This document shows, piece after piece, positions 11,386 to 23,901 of a stretch of 64,000 bases of DNA. Location: assembly GCA_051530055.1 (NCBI GenBank), contig CM121343.1, positions 6,046,389 through 6,110,388 of the forward strand. The letters are read 5' to 3'. How positions within the stretch are numbered: position 1 is the first letter of the stretch; every line of letters begins with the position of its first letter. Under the pieces are notes generated by a model. That model saw only the letters and a program-made list of their open reading frames with translations. It did not search any database and had not been told where the DNA came from. This stretch comes from Neoechinorhynchus agilis. Its lineage: Eukaryota > Animalia > Acanthocephala. The position numbers and the translations under genes were made by a program.

Positions 11386-13330
11386 ATGAGTACTTGGACA
11401 GTCGTCCGGCTACTTTTCGCATTCATCGCCAATTTCTGCGCACTTGAATACAACGACCGTGTTATCGTCCTTAATGATCAAAACTTTGACGAATTTAAAG
11501 CCCAGAATCCACGAATGCTCGTAAAGTTCTGTAAGCTATTGATTGATCAAATAAGATTATTTTGAAAATGACTTCTAGACGCTCCATGGTGCGTACATTG
11601 CAAATCAATCGCTCCTGGGTATTCTGAACTTGCCGAGAGATACCAACAAATTAGATCTGATGTGAAGATTTCGGAAGTTAATGCAACCGGTAATCCTGAA
11701 CTGTCTAATCGATTTAATATTCAACATTATCCGACACTTTTGTTGTTTGCAAATGAAAAGACATTTGAATATCTTGGTAAGCTTTTGCCGGTTTAAAAGC
11801 CGTGTAAATAAACTCACTGAATGTTGCTACCGGGCTTAGGTGAACCTGGAGTTGACAAGTACATAAAGTGGATGAATTCGAAACTGGATTTTCCTTTAAA
11901 AACAATATCTACCCAAAGCGATTTGGATTTTTTCAAGCATGCCAACACTGTGTTGTTCGTAGGAATGTTTGAAAAGGTTATTATGCCGCTTCTATTCACA
12001 CTTTGGACATTGTATTTCCTACCGAAATACAAGGTCGTCATCCTTAATGTCCTTAAGATCAATTACCCCCATGAGATCATTATTGACTAAATTCTGCTTC
12101 CATTGTCTCAAAGATTTCATGCATTACTGTTTAGAACGACACATCGAATACGAAACTAGCCAAATTGGTTGATATCGCTTCTCAGAACGAAGACGATAAG
12201 ATATCGTTTGGCTTGATAACGGACAAAGGATTGATTTCTGATTTGTCTGCTAAAGACGGCATGTTGACGGTATTTAAACAATTCGACGAGCCGCGAGTTG
12301 ACTTGGAAATCGCAAATTTGGACGAAATCAGTGATTTTATCAAAGCCCACAGCATTCGGTTACTGACTGAATTCAAACCGGATACTGCAAAAGATCTATT
12401 TACGATGAGCACAAACGTGCTTCTATTTCACAGCGGCAAATCAAACGATATGGAATCCCTTAGGACAACTATGGAAAACACAGCAAAGAAATTTCGAGGT
12501 CGAGTTGCGTTTGGTTTCGTCGATATCGATATTGAAGACAACAACAGAGTTTTGGAATACTTAGGCTTGGCACGGTCCGACACACCTGCAATCCGATTAT
12601 TAAATCTAACAACTCCATTGAGGAAATACAAATTTGATAGCTCGTCTTCTGGCAAGATTACACAGGAAGCTTTAATTGATTTTGTTCAATCTTATATCGA
12701 TGGAAACGCGAAGCCTTATTTTAAATCACAAGTTTTGCCCGACAACTGGAACAAATCCAGTGTACTTGTCCTTGTTAGGGAGAATTTCGAAGAAGTTGTT
12801 TTCAATAAGAGCGCCGATGTCCTAGTTGAGTTTTATGCTCCTTGGTGTGGTCATTGTCAGCGGTTAAGTCCCGTTTTTTCTCAACTGGGTGACTATTATA
12901 AGGATGTGGACGGTGTCGTGATCGCTAAGATGGACTCGACCGAAAATGAACTGGAGCAGGTCGCGGTCGCTGCGTTTCCAACCATAAAGTTGTTCAAACG
13001 GAGTACTAACGAAGAGGTGGACTATAGTGACGATCGCACCTTAGAATCTATGATAAAGTTCATCGATGTTCATCGAGGTGTTCAATCAGTTCCTAAACAA
13101 ACGGTGGGTTTTTTTTGAAAAGTTAAATGAACTATTTTTTGTCACGAAATGCAATGAAAATTAGCTTAGCCTAACCTAAAAGCCAATATATCGATTTTCG
13201 CGTTGAAAGTTCATCTAAAAATGTTTTTTAATTCCAAATTTGCATTATGTTTTCATAATTCAATGCTTATATTTTTCGTACAATATAGGAACCGTCATCA
13301 TCTCAATCCGAGGATCACGAGGAGTTGTGA
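11386..13330 (+). CDS. P4HB: Protein disulfide isomerase (a-b-b'-a'), ER-retained
   Basis: Signal peptide MSTWTVVRLLFAFIANFCA, a-domain VKFYAPWCVHC, a'-domain VEFYAPWCGHC and C-terminal HEEL-stop. Introns 11531-11578, 11777-11839, 11976-12134 and 13104-13288 all join in frame. The symbol denotes the family, not proven orthology. Confidence 0.93.
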
Positions 13331-14422
13331 TTTTAACCTTTTTTTTGAGCGCGATTAAATAAAGTTCAATTTCTGATGACTACGATTGTTGTTGTTGTTG
13401 TTGTTGGTAAGGTTCATCGGTGAGTCTAACCAAATTCAGTGATTTACGCAAAACAATGGGAAGTGTATATATAGTGACCCTTCTCCGAGTGTGCATGTCG
13501 CTGTTTGCCTTGTCATGTCTCACCAGCGTTCCTGAGGAATTGAGAGAATGCTTTCTTAAGATTCTTTAGGCTGATGAGTGCGAGTTGTCCGGGTTACGCG
13601 TACGCTAGAATTGTTGCCACAGCACCGTTTCTTGATCACTTGTTTACGTTTCTTTTTCCTGATATCTCCTCTATCGTAATGTTGACTTAACTGATTCCTA
13701 ATGGATTAGAGCTCTTATTTGTTGCTTGGACGATAAAAATTGCGCATTCCACGCGCCTATCTTATCGTGTCCACCGTCAAATAACGACAAGTCTTATCGG
13801 TCCCATGAAGATGGCAGACCGTCAGGACCAACGATCTAAGATATCAATGACCTCCACGTGTCTATATTGACAATGTCTTCGTTTCAAACAAGGCCTCTGA
13901 AAAATCGCACTTTTAAAGTGGTTCTGGTGGACACCAATCGTCGTCGAACATATAATGGCCTATTAGAGTGCGCAATTTTTGTACTTGTCGAAATGTAGGC
14001 CACTCGGACTAGTCCTTTGCCTGTTTTTTCCCTTCCACGGTTCCCCCCCCCCATTCCCAAAAAACGTGAAATTGTAGTGCCTGTCAGCGCACTCTTCTGC
14101 TTATTCTCTCTCTCTTGAGAGAAACTCACGATCCACTCATCACATCGTAACTAGAAGAAGACAGTAGTATGGGCGCATTCCACCATCTTCCTCTAGTGTA
14201 GACGTGACCTACTTGGCCACGTCCTCATAGTTTTGTTGAAACAATGAATCACATCCCTTCGCACATGCGCCTTTCTTCATTCTACTCACATACTCGTGTG
14301 TGTGTGCGCGCGCGCTCCTACACATTCGAACCCGCCGCCCGCCCGCCCTTCACGTCCCGTTGGCGGAATTGCCTCACGATTCAATCATAACGCGACAGTG
14401 GATCCCAAGGACCCTGTCCCAC

Positions 14423-17044
14423 ATGTCAACGGTGGAATTCGACAAACGCATGTGCCCTCCTCCTACAGTAGCAGCAGAGGCAGAAGCCAACCAAACCCAC
14501 CCATGCGCACACCCGCCAGCACACAAACACATTATTAGGGCGCCCCCGGCACTGTTGAAAAAAAGGCAGCTCGGTGGTGGCGGCGGCGGGGGACTGTGCA
14601 CTCAGTCGCCACGGACACAGTCGCCAAATCCTTTCGGTACCGTGACTTTCTACTATAGACGATTCATGGATAAACTAACTGATCATCATCAGCAGCAGCA
14701 GCAGCAACCATCACCGCTACCAACAATCGCTACTGCTGCTGCTGCTGCTGACGACTCACGAACCGCGAGTCCTTCTGAAGCATCTGAGTTTAAAACTACC
14801 GGAAGCAACCTTGGACATCCCGGTGATGAACCCACCATCGTTGAATGTAATGCCAATCAACAAACAGAACCAACAATCAATACAGGCAATCATGATGAAT
14901 ACTCACTCACAACTCCCGATTACCTGGCACAACTAATCAGTGACAAACGACAAATCAAAGTACTACCAAGCAACTTGTTCATCCATGTTAACAGATTGTT
15001 AGACAGAGGTGCACTAATGAGTTCTTGTGAATAAGCACGAATTTATTATGTTTAGAAATCAGCCATGTCAGAGAAAGGCTTTTGAAAATGAATTCACAGA
15101 ATTCGACCGATTTCAAGCTGCCAAATCCGGAAGGACAAATTATCGCCGTTTCTCAAAAACTCTATATTCCAGTTGATGAACATCCCGATGTTGGTTTTGT
15201 TTTGCTTTTGTTTCCCAACCCAAAAAATGCATTTATCGATCAATAAGTTCAATTTCATCGGACGTATCCTTGGACCACGAGGAATGACTGCGAAGCAACT
15301 TGAAATCGAAACCGGCTGCAAAATTATGGTCAGGGGAAAAGGATCCATTCGCGACCGTGCTAAGGTATGTTACTTCAGGACATTCTGGGATTTAATCATG
15401 TGAAATCGTTCGAGGAGAAGTCATCGGGGTGCCGGATTCATCAACCATATTCGGACATAATTTTGGAGTGTCCTTTCAGACTCAAGCGGAAACGGTGCGC
15501 ACATTATAACAAAAACCACTATCCTGGAGAACTTCTCATAGCTAAAGAAGCACGTTTGCACGGGTGTTGTTGTAGCCGTCACCTTAGTAGCGCTTAGCTT
15601 TAAAAAAGTTCGGGAATTAGTCTAGCACAAATGCTCGTGTTCCTTTTAATCTCTTAAGCTCTATTAATCATCTCATCACTTTAATGATCGATTAGCAAGT
15701 GTTGATCTCCCGCGAAACTCGATTTCACACTTAACCGTGCCACATGTTGTACTCCCGTCTCTTGTAGTATATTTATTTTAACCATGGATCACTAAATATT
15801 TAGGAAGAACAAATGAAGGAAAAACCCAATTGGCAACATCTATCGGATAATCTACACGTCCTCATCACATGCGAGGATTACGAAAATCGAGTCAACATAA
15901 AACTTAAGGCGGCAGTCGACAAAGTCAGCCGACTTCTTGAGCCAAAAGTTTGTTCTTTTACGAGATTTTTTAAGCATACAAAAACTATTTTTAGCCTGAA
16001 GGTGAAGACGAGCTCAAAAGACGACAATTGATTGAACTCGCAAAACTAAATGGCACCTATCGAGACAATTCAATCTGCTCTCAATTAGTGTCCAATGTGA
16101 CTCGGGTTCAGTTTTTACCTACCAATCTACTCACAGCCACAGCTGGACCAGTACCAGGGATGCCTTCAGTCGCTTTTCCGCAAGTGGTGAACTCGATGGC
16201 AAATGTGGCTGCTACTCCTCAGGTTTTACTGCTTTATCTGATCACAACGCACTTATAAAGACCATTCGAAAGGACCTTTGCATGCGTGCGATCAGTCAAG
16301 TCCAGCATTCTCAGCCGATCGTCGCCGGGGATCAACGGAACGCCAGTGCCGCAGCTCTATTCGACAGCGGATTCATGCATGGTCTTTTTAATCCTACCCT
16401 ATTTTATATTCCATCTCAGCCAGATATTGCTAATGTTGGACTTACTGCCCCTAATCAAATGGGAAATTGCGGGGCTGTCGCGTTTCCTTCAAATACTTTA
16501 CCTCGAGTGGATTCCTTGCTCCATGTAGCCACTAAAATGAACGGCAGCGGCGTAGGACGCTCTGAAGGTAAACTTCCTGCTTGTTTTTCTCTAAAGAGCG
16601 AAACGTCCGGGTTTTAATGCCACCACATTTGCAACATATACCGATTTCGTCAAACGTTGATCGTTTAAACTTTTGAGAACGAAATTTAAATTTGTGATCA
16701 GATCATTTGGTTCGTATCGCTAGTGCCTACAACACAACAGAAACGTACATTTAGTATTTGTCAGGCGCTGTGAAGTCGATAGTTTTTATGAGAGAATAAT
16801 ATCGCCGAAACGTTCGAATTTGATTGATTTTAAAATTTTAGTCGATCACAACTCAGGGCTGACAGGACCGATTCGACATAAGAGTTGCCCGTCCACAACG
16901 CCGCTGCTGATTCAGGCACCACCACGGGTTCAGTTTCAGGGTTTACCAGTGCATTATCAAATGCTCAATAAACAACAACCACCGCCGCCGTCGCAAAAGC
17001 AACAACACCACCACCCTTACAGCCGACCGGCAAATCAATGCTGA
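14423..17044 (+). CDS. QKI: STAR-family KH RNA-binding protein (Quaking/How/ASD-2 type)
   Basis: QUA1 [13 protein letters not shown]...VNRLLDREISHVR, maxi-[38 protein letters not shown] and QUA2 [23 protein letters not shown]. Introns 15009-15055, 15190-15247, 15365-15803 and 15948-15994. The 3' exons are less certain. Confidence 0.92.
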
Positions 17045-17674
17045 TCAATTGCCTCGTATCGGTTGCTGATAACACGTGGTAAAAAAGAGTGAGTGTGAGA
17101 TAGTGTCCAAATAAAGTCTGCTTTATTTTTCCAAAGATTATACCGAGGTTTCTTTGTATTTGAGATTAGACTTATGAGTGGTAATTAAAAGACCGTAGAC
17201 CATTGTTTGAAGAATATCAACTCTTTCTACCAATCGGAAGTGTTCATTGTAAATTAATCTGATATATTGGTCGCGGCTCTGTCTATCTGATCGGCATTGA
17301 TTTCCTTTAACTTGATCAATTAATGACTTGAAGAACTGACGTAGGGATTCCACGAACGGGTTGAATTTTGCTTTTTTAAACGTTTCACTCTTCTTATTGG
17401 TTTCAGCCTTCGGTTTAATTCGCATTTTCCTGTGTATTCAGACTGCGGTCATAAGATTGATAAAGCGGTCTCGATTGAGAAATGGGATCTAAGATCATGT
17501 ATTTCGTATGGTTGCTGCAAACACAAGACACCGGTCTATTAAATTTATTAGAAAGTGGTCAAGCGCTAGGCGACTGACAATGCCTCGTCGTCTCGCAACA
17601 AAGTGCCATTCTGTATTTGTCTACTGGTAGTAGTGCAGCTACTGGTGTGTAGCACGCCGTCACTTTTTATCCAT

Positions 17675-18988
17675 TTATATGCAGTCCTTGCATAGGATGG
17701 AATCGTTGTCTCGGTAAAAACTCTCTTCTGCTATACACCTGCAACATTTAGCGCATTTAAAGCAACTTCGATGCCAAAAGTTCTCTTCGTATTCCAGGTA
17801 TTCCACATCACCGGAAATGGTTTTGCCGCAGACGTGACACTTCTTCGCATACTTTTGCTCGTAGCACTTCTCACAGCACGGCGATCCTGAAACTAAGCGG
17901 ATCTTCGACTGTGGTGGAAGCGGCTGACTACAATTTGCACACTTAAAGCAACTAGCATGATAGCTTTGATTATTGAACGAAAGACCGGCACTATCGATTT
18001 GGCGATTGCATTTGGCGCACACTTGTTTGGGAAATTTCGCTGAGTGGCAACTTTTATGGGCACATGTGGAACATTCTCTTAAGGAATAAGATCCATTTTA
18101 GAGATAAAATTTTAATAAAGTGATGAAGTGAACATCCCTTATACGGTTGATTATTTTCCTTTTTTTGTCAGGGAAGCATATAAAATCACAGTTAGCGGTG
18201 TGAAAAAGAGCTGTAGACTTCAACACTTCAAATGTAACCGGGTAGCTAAAGATAAAATTTTACGTATTGTAAAGCACGAAAACGTAGATCTGTAATCCGG
18301 CGGGGAAAGCTTACACCGGTGGATATATATGTGCGAAGCATATTTTTCAACGAAATGGAGACGAACAGATCGCATTTTTGACAATTTTTTCCATCAGTGC
18401 CAACTTTGAACAGAAATCAATCAAGTTCATCCTGAGGTCGAAAAAGAGATCTTTTACTTCTCGCCAATGAATTACCACTGACATAAAATCGACGCATTGA
18501 TTTCCAACGTAAATGGGTTGAGACTATATTTTATAAAAAAAATAATTGTATATTTACTTAATACGTTCGATTATTCAAAGAAAAAGTGAGTAGTTTGTGT
18601 GGTTCAATGAAGGTTTCCAACGTCGTAAACACTTGCAAACAATGACTGAAGAGGCGAGGATGCCTCGCGAAAAATAAAATATGTAATGACCGGGATTATT
18701 GTCACCGAAAGTGCAATAAGAGAATGTTCTCGCCATGTTCCTCCTTACACATGTAATCACCATCTTTTATAGGATAAAATTGTTCGGTAATTGGTTGGCG
18801 GCATCCAGCACACACAAAGCATTGTGGGTGGAACAGTTTTCCATCGAATTCGGTTATTTTTGAACCGGGCGTAAAGGATGCATTACATTTGATGCAACTG
18901 TCCAAAAAAAAGGTTATCAAGTAGAGATTAGATCTTCACAGGTCATCCCCCGCCTAATTTAGATATCTTACCATTGTGTTGGAGGCAT
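17675..18988 (-). CDS. LIM-domain protein (at least 3 LIM domains, FHL/limpet-like)
   Basis: MPPTQC|CIKCN...FHPQCFVCAGC...YMC (intron 18898-18971), then CAKC...YHASCFKCANC...CEKCY and CHVC...WHRSCFKCAKC...CKDC. The junction between LIM1 and LIM2 could not be resolved. Confidence 0.85.
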
Positions 18989-20284
18989 GGTTCGATATGA
19001 GCACTCTGATGAACGCGCCTACAAGTCGGACGGTAACACTAAAGGTGCTGCTGTAGAGTGATAAACGCAGTGTCAGACAGCAAGGTTCCTTTCGGCTTAA
19101 ATTGGAGATGTGCGTCTGCACATATTATGGCACAGGCGTACAAGAAGAATAGGAACAAAGGATCTTGCTCACTCATTTTTCATCAACGTCAAAATCCGTA
19201 ATACACGAGGAACTACTGATGGCGTCGCAGTGCCAGTAGAAGGATCCTAGAAGCAAAGCACTTATTATGGATCCCGTGCTCGTATCACACTTTAGTGCCA
19301 TCCCCAAAATCACTCTGTACGCGAGTGTGCCATGAACCCGGTGACTATGAGTTGGCTTTAGACTTATTATGCGGATTGTGGTTGCATTCTGCGGTAGGGG
19401 TGATGAAAAAGAAGACAGGTTATCCAATAATACAACTCTTTTCAATGCAAGAACTCCTTTGCCAGAGTTGGATCCCCATCCATTGATCTATAGCATCAAT
19501 TAGTCGTTGGAATCAACGAGCTTTATCTTTTGCGACGGATTTACTGTATTCTGATTACTCCACCCGTCGTTTTGCAGCCACTCCTCCTCATCATCAAATG
19601 AGATATAGCTTCATGGACTAAGTTTACGTTGTCAAAATCGAATCATGCTCGTTCACGAAAATATCCATACTGCCCCTTCCCACGTTTCAATACAGAGAAA
19701 TACAAACATCATCCAATTGCATTCCCAAAGTGCTTAAACTGCTTTTAAACATTATTTTAAGTGCCCAACTTCTTATGTTCAAATCAAAAACATGCTCCTT
19801 GAGCAAAACTCTAACATACCTATAAATATTTAATTTTATCCCTAAGGGAAACCTCATAGTGGCAACTGCTATGACAAGAGATTGATTGGACTACGCTTCT
19901 TAACGAGATAAAAAACACATTTGCTAGAGTTATTAATGAACTACGAATCCTTATAGTCAAATTCTCTTCCTCCTTCTACCAAACATTTCTACTTTTACTC
20001 ACACTTGCAACGCTCACGTATCCCCAACAACATTTTCCATCCTTCAGTTCCTCACACAAATCTCTAATTCAGCTCCTTCGTCTCCACTGCTCAATCTTCC
20101 AAATGCGAATTGATTCGCAGGAATGAACGAGAGACAACAACTATAAATTTAACCAACCAAAATCAACTAACGGACCAAAAACAATTCTACAACGTTCAAG
20201 ATCTGTCTGGACATCAAAATTTCAATTATCATGAACCAGAGGAAAACCCTAACCTCGCGACCTAACAATCTCTCCCGCGCATTA

Positions 20285-20352
20285 GTGTTCGGAGGATCCA
20301 AAAATATATGGTTCCTTTGCTTTGTTAACTCACAAATAAACGTGTTATTATT
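20285..20352 (+). mobile_element. Degenerate LINE 3' terminus related to the 2.9 kb and 54 kb copies
   Basis: GAGGATCC-AAAAATATAT-GGTTCCT hairpin followed by AATAAACGTGTTA, the same terminal string as at 53796-53784 on the minus strand. The upstream C-rich 19.8-20.3 kb region may belong to it. Confidence 0.45.
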
Positions 20353-21934
20353 AATTTAAGAGTTGAGGAGAGAGGGTAAAATTCACAACGACCATTCTTG
20401 AATTTGTCCATAAACACCGCGATGGAGGATTAAATGAAACTTTATGGGTATATTTCAATTTCTGTTCTAATGGTTACGAGCTATCAAAAACGTGATTAGA
20501 TTTTTGTATAAACAATTTAGTAATTGCTTTTAACCAATAAACATTTTTTTATCTTCGAAAAAGAATCTGCATTTAAAAGCTCAGTTTGTTTTCAGAATGT
20601 CGATATCGAAAATGATCTATTAAAACAAATCATTATTTTCTAAGGAACAGATCTATGCGAATCATTTTCAACTCACAGTGCAACTAATAAACATAATAAA
20701 AAAGTATATTAATTCTGACCTTATCATTCATAGACGGATCGTTATACTGTGGTTTCATGGTAGCTCACTTTCATCTCGACGCTCCACAGTGTTTTGAACA
20801 GAACTTTCATGATGCCAAACTTAAATTTCGTGCTCAACGTTCACCGGAAAATGGCAAAAAAGATTTCTTCCAATGTGTACAATTAATTGTAACTCTTGCT
20901 TAGAAGTGAATTTCGTTAACGTCAAATAGTTGTTGCATAAAATGCTAATGCAATTAAAGAAATTACTTTTATATATGAAAGACCGTTTGCTACGATCATC
21001 TCTTTTAACTTTTTGACCATTGCACTCTTCAAGTCGAGATATAGGCCTTTTGGGGAATATCAGTTTTCTCGTCATAGTTTTTGGACGAATTAATATCACC
21101 CAAAATCTGAGTAGACATTTCGATCCACTAAGTATTTTCCATTTAAGTTAAGATTTTGAATGACATTAATTTGTCCTATAAAATATGACGAGAAGTGGAC
21201 GGAATCCGATTATTCTAGTTTAAATCAAAGAATTTTTTATAATATTGCCAACTCACTAATCCCAAGAAGGTAATGAGTTTGAGTCATGAAATTTAATGGG
21301 TATTATTTTCAGTCGTGGATCCAACAGTTCATACCGTACTAAAGTGCGAGAAAAAAGCTCCGAGCTATTTTAATGAAATAAAATATCTTCATGATCATTC
21401 TAGCAGATATTCAAGGAGCGAAAAAATTGCGCTTGAGCACGCATTTTACCACTACACCTTGATGAGCAATAGTTTCTCTTTAAGCTTTAAAACTAGACCA
21501 AATCCTTGGTAGATTTCTTTGGAAGTTTAATTCACCATTCTTATTTACAATCCAAAAAATCGACCTGCATTCTGTTAAATATCCACGTTACCTAAATCCA
21601 GTTATAATTACATCTGAGACTAAAGTCGGGAAATATATTTACGGATGAAGTTCCACGTGGATAAGAGATTCGCGGGGTAATGTAGTTCAGTTCACACGGG
21701 ACTATTTTGCATCCAGACTTACAGAAAAGAGGTAATTTCGTGTGGATTTTGCGTAGGTCGGAAGTAGACTTTACGTCTGTGGGTGTATCTTAGTTGCGTT
21801 GATTTAAAACGTAGTGCTGATGTTCTAACCGCTTTAAAGATTTCTCCCTCAGACGGCAAGCCATGTTTAACCATCTCCCTAAAATCGCCAGTGACTTATT
21901 GTGAGTGCATTAGAAAATCGGTTGTTCATTTGTA

Positions 21935-22111
21935 TTTGTATTCTTTGGTGATGAGAGAAGAATAGATATTGATTTATTGTTCTCAATATTTCGTCCGTCT
22001 CGTTGGACTTCTTCAGGTTGCTTGTAAGTTTTGGAATTTAATAGGAAACGGACGAAATATTGAGAACAATAAATCAATATCTATTCTTCTCTCATCATCA
22101 AAGAACACAAA
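21935..22111. mobile_element. MITE-like foldback, 64-bp arms, 49-bp spacer
   Basis: 21935-21998 is the reverse complement of 22048-22111 with about 2 mismatches. Confidence 0.75.
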
Positions 22112-22836
22112 TTAGATAGTCGATATTAAACAATATATGCAACTACCACATTCGTTTTCATTGGAAGGAAATTATTCATTATAGTTCCAGTTTCAATTAG
22201 CGATGTTTGATTCAGAAAATAGATTTATCCTGAAACTTTTCGGCCTCTTCGTTGGCCTTCTTTAGTCAATTGTTTGCAAGCCTTTTTCAACTGTTCATAC
22301 AGTAAACTGTCAGCCGAAATTAACACTTTTGCTCGATGAAAAGCCCAATAATAACAGTAAGTCTTTAATTTGCGTTCGATCAAAAATATATCTTTCTAAC
22401 CGAAAATTATATAGTCCGATTTGTAAATAATTTCCTTATGCTAAATATTAACGGAGAATATTTTGAATTCATGACCAAATTTTAAGTTCTCTTTTGTTAG
22501 AACGTCCTTTCTGAGACATTTTAAATAAAGATGATTATAACGACATTTTAATTTTTATCACTTTTAACTTTATTGGTACACTTTTTAGTCAAATAAAGGG
22601 AAACTAACATAAAAGGTACTGTATAGACGAATCACTTTTTCATTTAATCTTGTCTAAATGCTCCATAAAGGCACTCGCAAGAAAAATCGTTTATCGGAAT
22701 ATATTCCACTCCAATGTAGTCACTAAGAATTCGTTTTTCACTTTCTTAGCTAAATATCTCGTCTACATAATTCATGGATCAGTTGTCTGGTCAATAAAAT
22801 GTTCTTGTAAAGATGTTCATTATTCACTTTTTTATA

Positions 22837-22999
22837 GCGAATTATCAAATAATTGATTTATTTGATAATTTTCGGCTTTCGCGTAGGCCTTCTTCAGTCT
22901 ATTGATACTTAAATTTATAAAAACTTACAATCAATAGACCGAAGAAGGCCTACGCGAAGGCCGAAAATTACCAAATCAATCAATTATTTGATAATTCGC
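22837..22999. mobile_element. MITE-like foldback, 70-bp arms, 23-bp spacer
   Basis: 22837-22906 versus the reverse complement of 22930-22999, about 4 mismatches. Confidence 0.75.
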
Positions 23000-23502
23000 C
23001 ATAGAAAGCAATAAAATGTTCGTCTAATATATTAAACAAGAAGTTACCGTACAAATGAAGACCTCTGAGATACAAGAATGTCCGTTTGCTAGCATAATTT
23101 GCCTTATTTTCGTATTCTTTCAAATATAAATTTTTTCGATAGTTAATCTATGTCAATTTTATTATTTTACTTTTGATTACTGAAAGATGGAATGGACTTG
23201 CAATAGGACAGCTCTAAATTTACCTATTTCATATGGATCGAAACGTCTAGAGTTTCGGATAAAATATATTTTGAATTGAGATATTTCCAAAAGAGGATGC
23301 CTCATCAGTCACCTAAAAAGACTTTAGTTGTTTTGTATGGATCAGGTACACGGGATAACTATTCCCGAGATTCGGGGCCGTATATCGTCCGGCGTTCTCC
23401 TTCGTTGCCTGGTGTTTTTCATTGAATTTTAACACTTCACTGGCCGATAGTTTTAAGCGAAATTTTGGTTCTTTTTTCCATGATGTTGAGCTATTTATTA
23501 TC

Positions 23503-23707
23503 TTATTGTTTAGGCCGTTTGTCGACACCCGAGAGAGATTGTTAAAGACGAATGAATATTTCGACCGATTGAATGGGTCATTGTCAATTCAATTGTAAAA
23601 GTGTAATGCGAATTTGAATTGATCAAATGACTCCGATTCAATCAGTAGAAATATATATTCGTCTTTAACGATCTCCCTCGGTTGTCGACAAACGACCTAA
23701 ACAATAA
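23503..23707. mobile_element. MITE-like foldback, about 90-bp imperfect arms
   Basis: TTATTGTTTAGGCCGTTTGTCGACACCCGAG... pairs with ...CTCGGTTGTCGACAAACGACCTAAACAATAA. Confidence 0.75.
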
Positions 23708-23901
23708 CATATCCCACCGCCCGATCGTTTTGCTCATTGCGATTTGCTGAAAGAATTATTTAAACGATTTTCTCATACATTTCCGAATGAAAAATCCAAT
23801 TGTGTCAGGATGTTTATAATAGAAACTTCGATCATTGTAGATTATTGAAAGATTTTCTACATGTTTGTGGACTTAAACTTTTCAGATATTACAGCAGAAA
23901 T

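Noticed and set aside
8474-13577. Other CTGATGA hits (8474-8480 minus, 13571-13577, 46501-46507)
   Set aside because: No matching GAAA strand or stems nearby; expected by chance.
21315-21965. HUS1-like or transposase coding fragment
   Set aside because: The resemblance is limited to one short segment, and there are multiple stops with no workable splice pattern.
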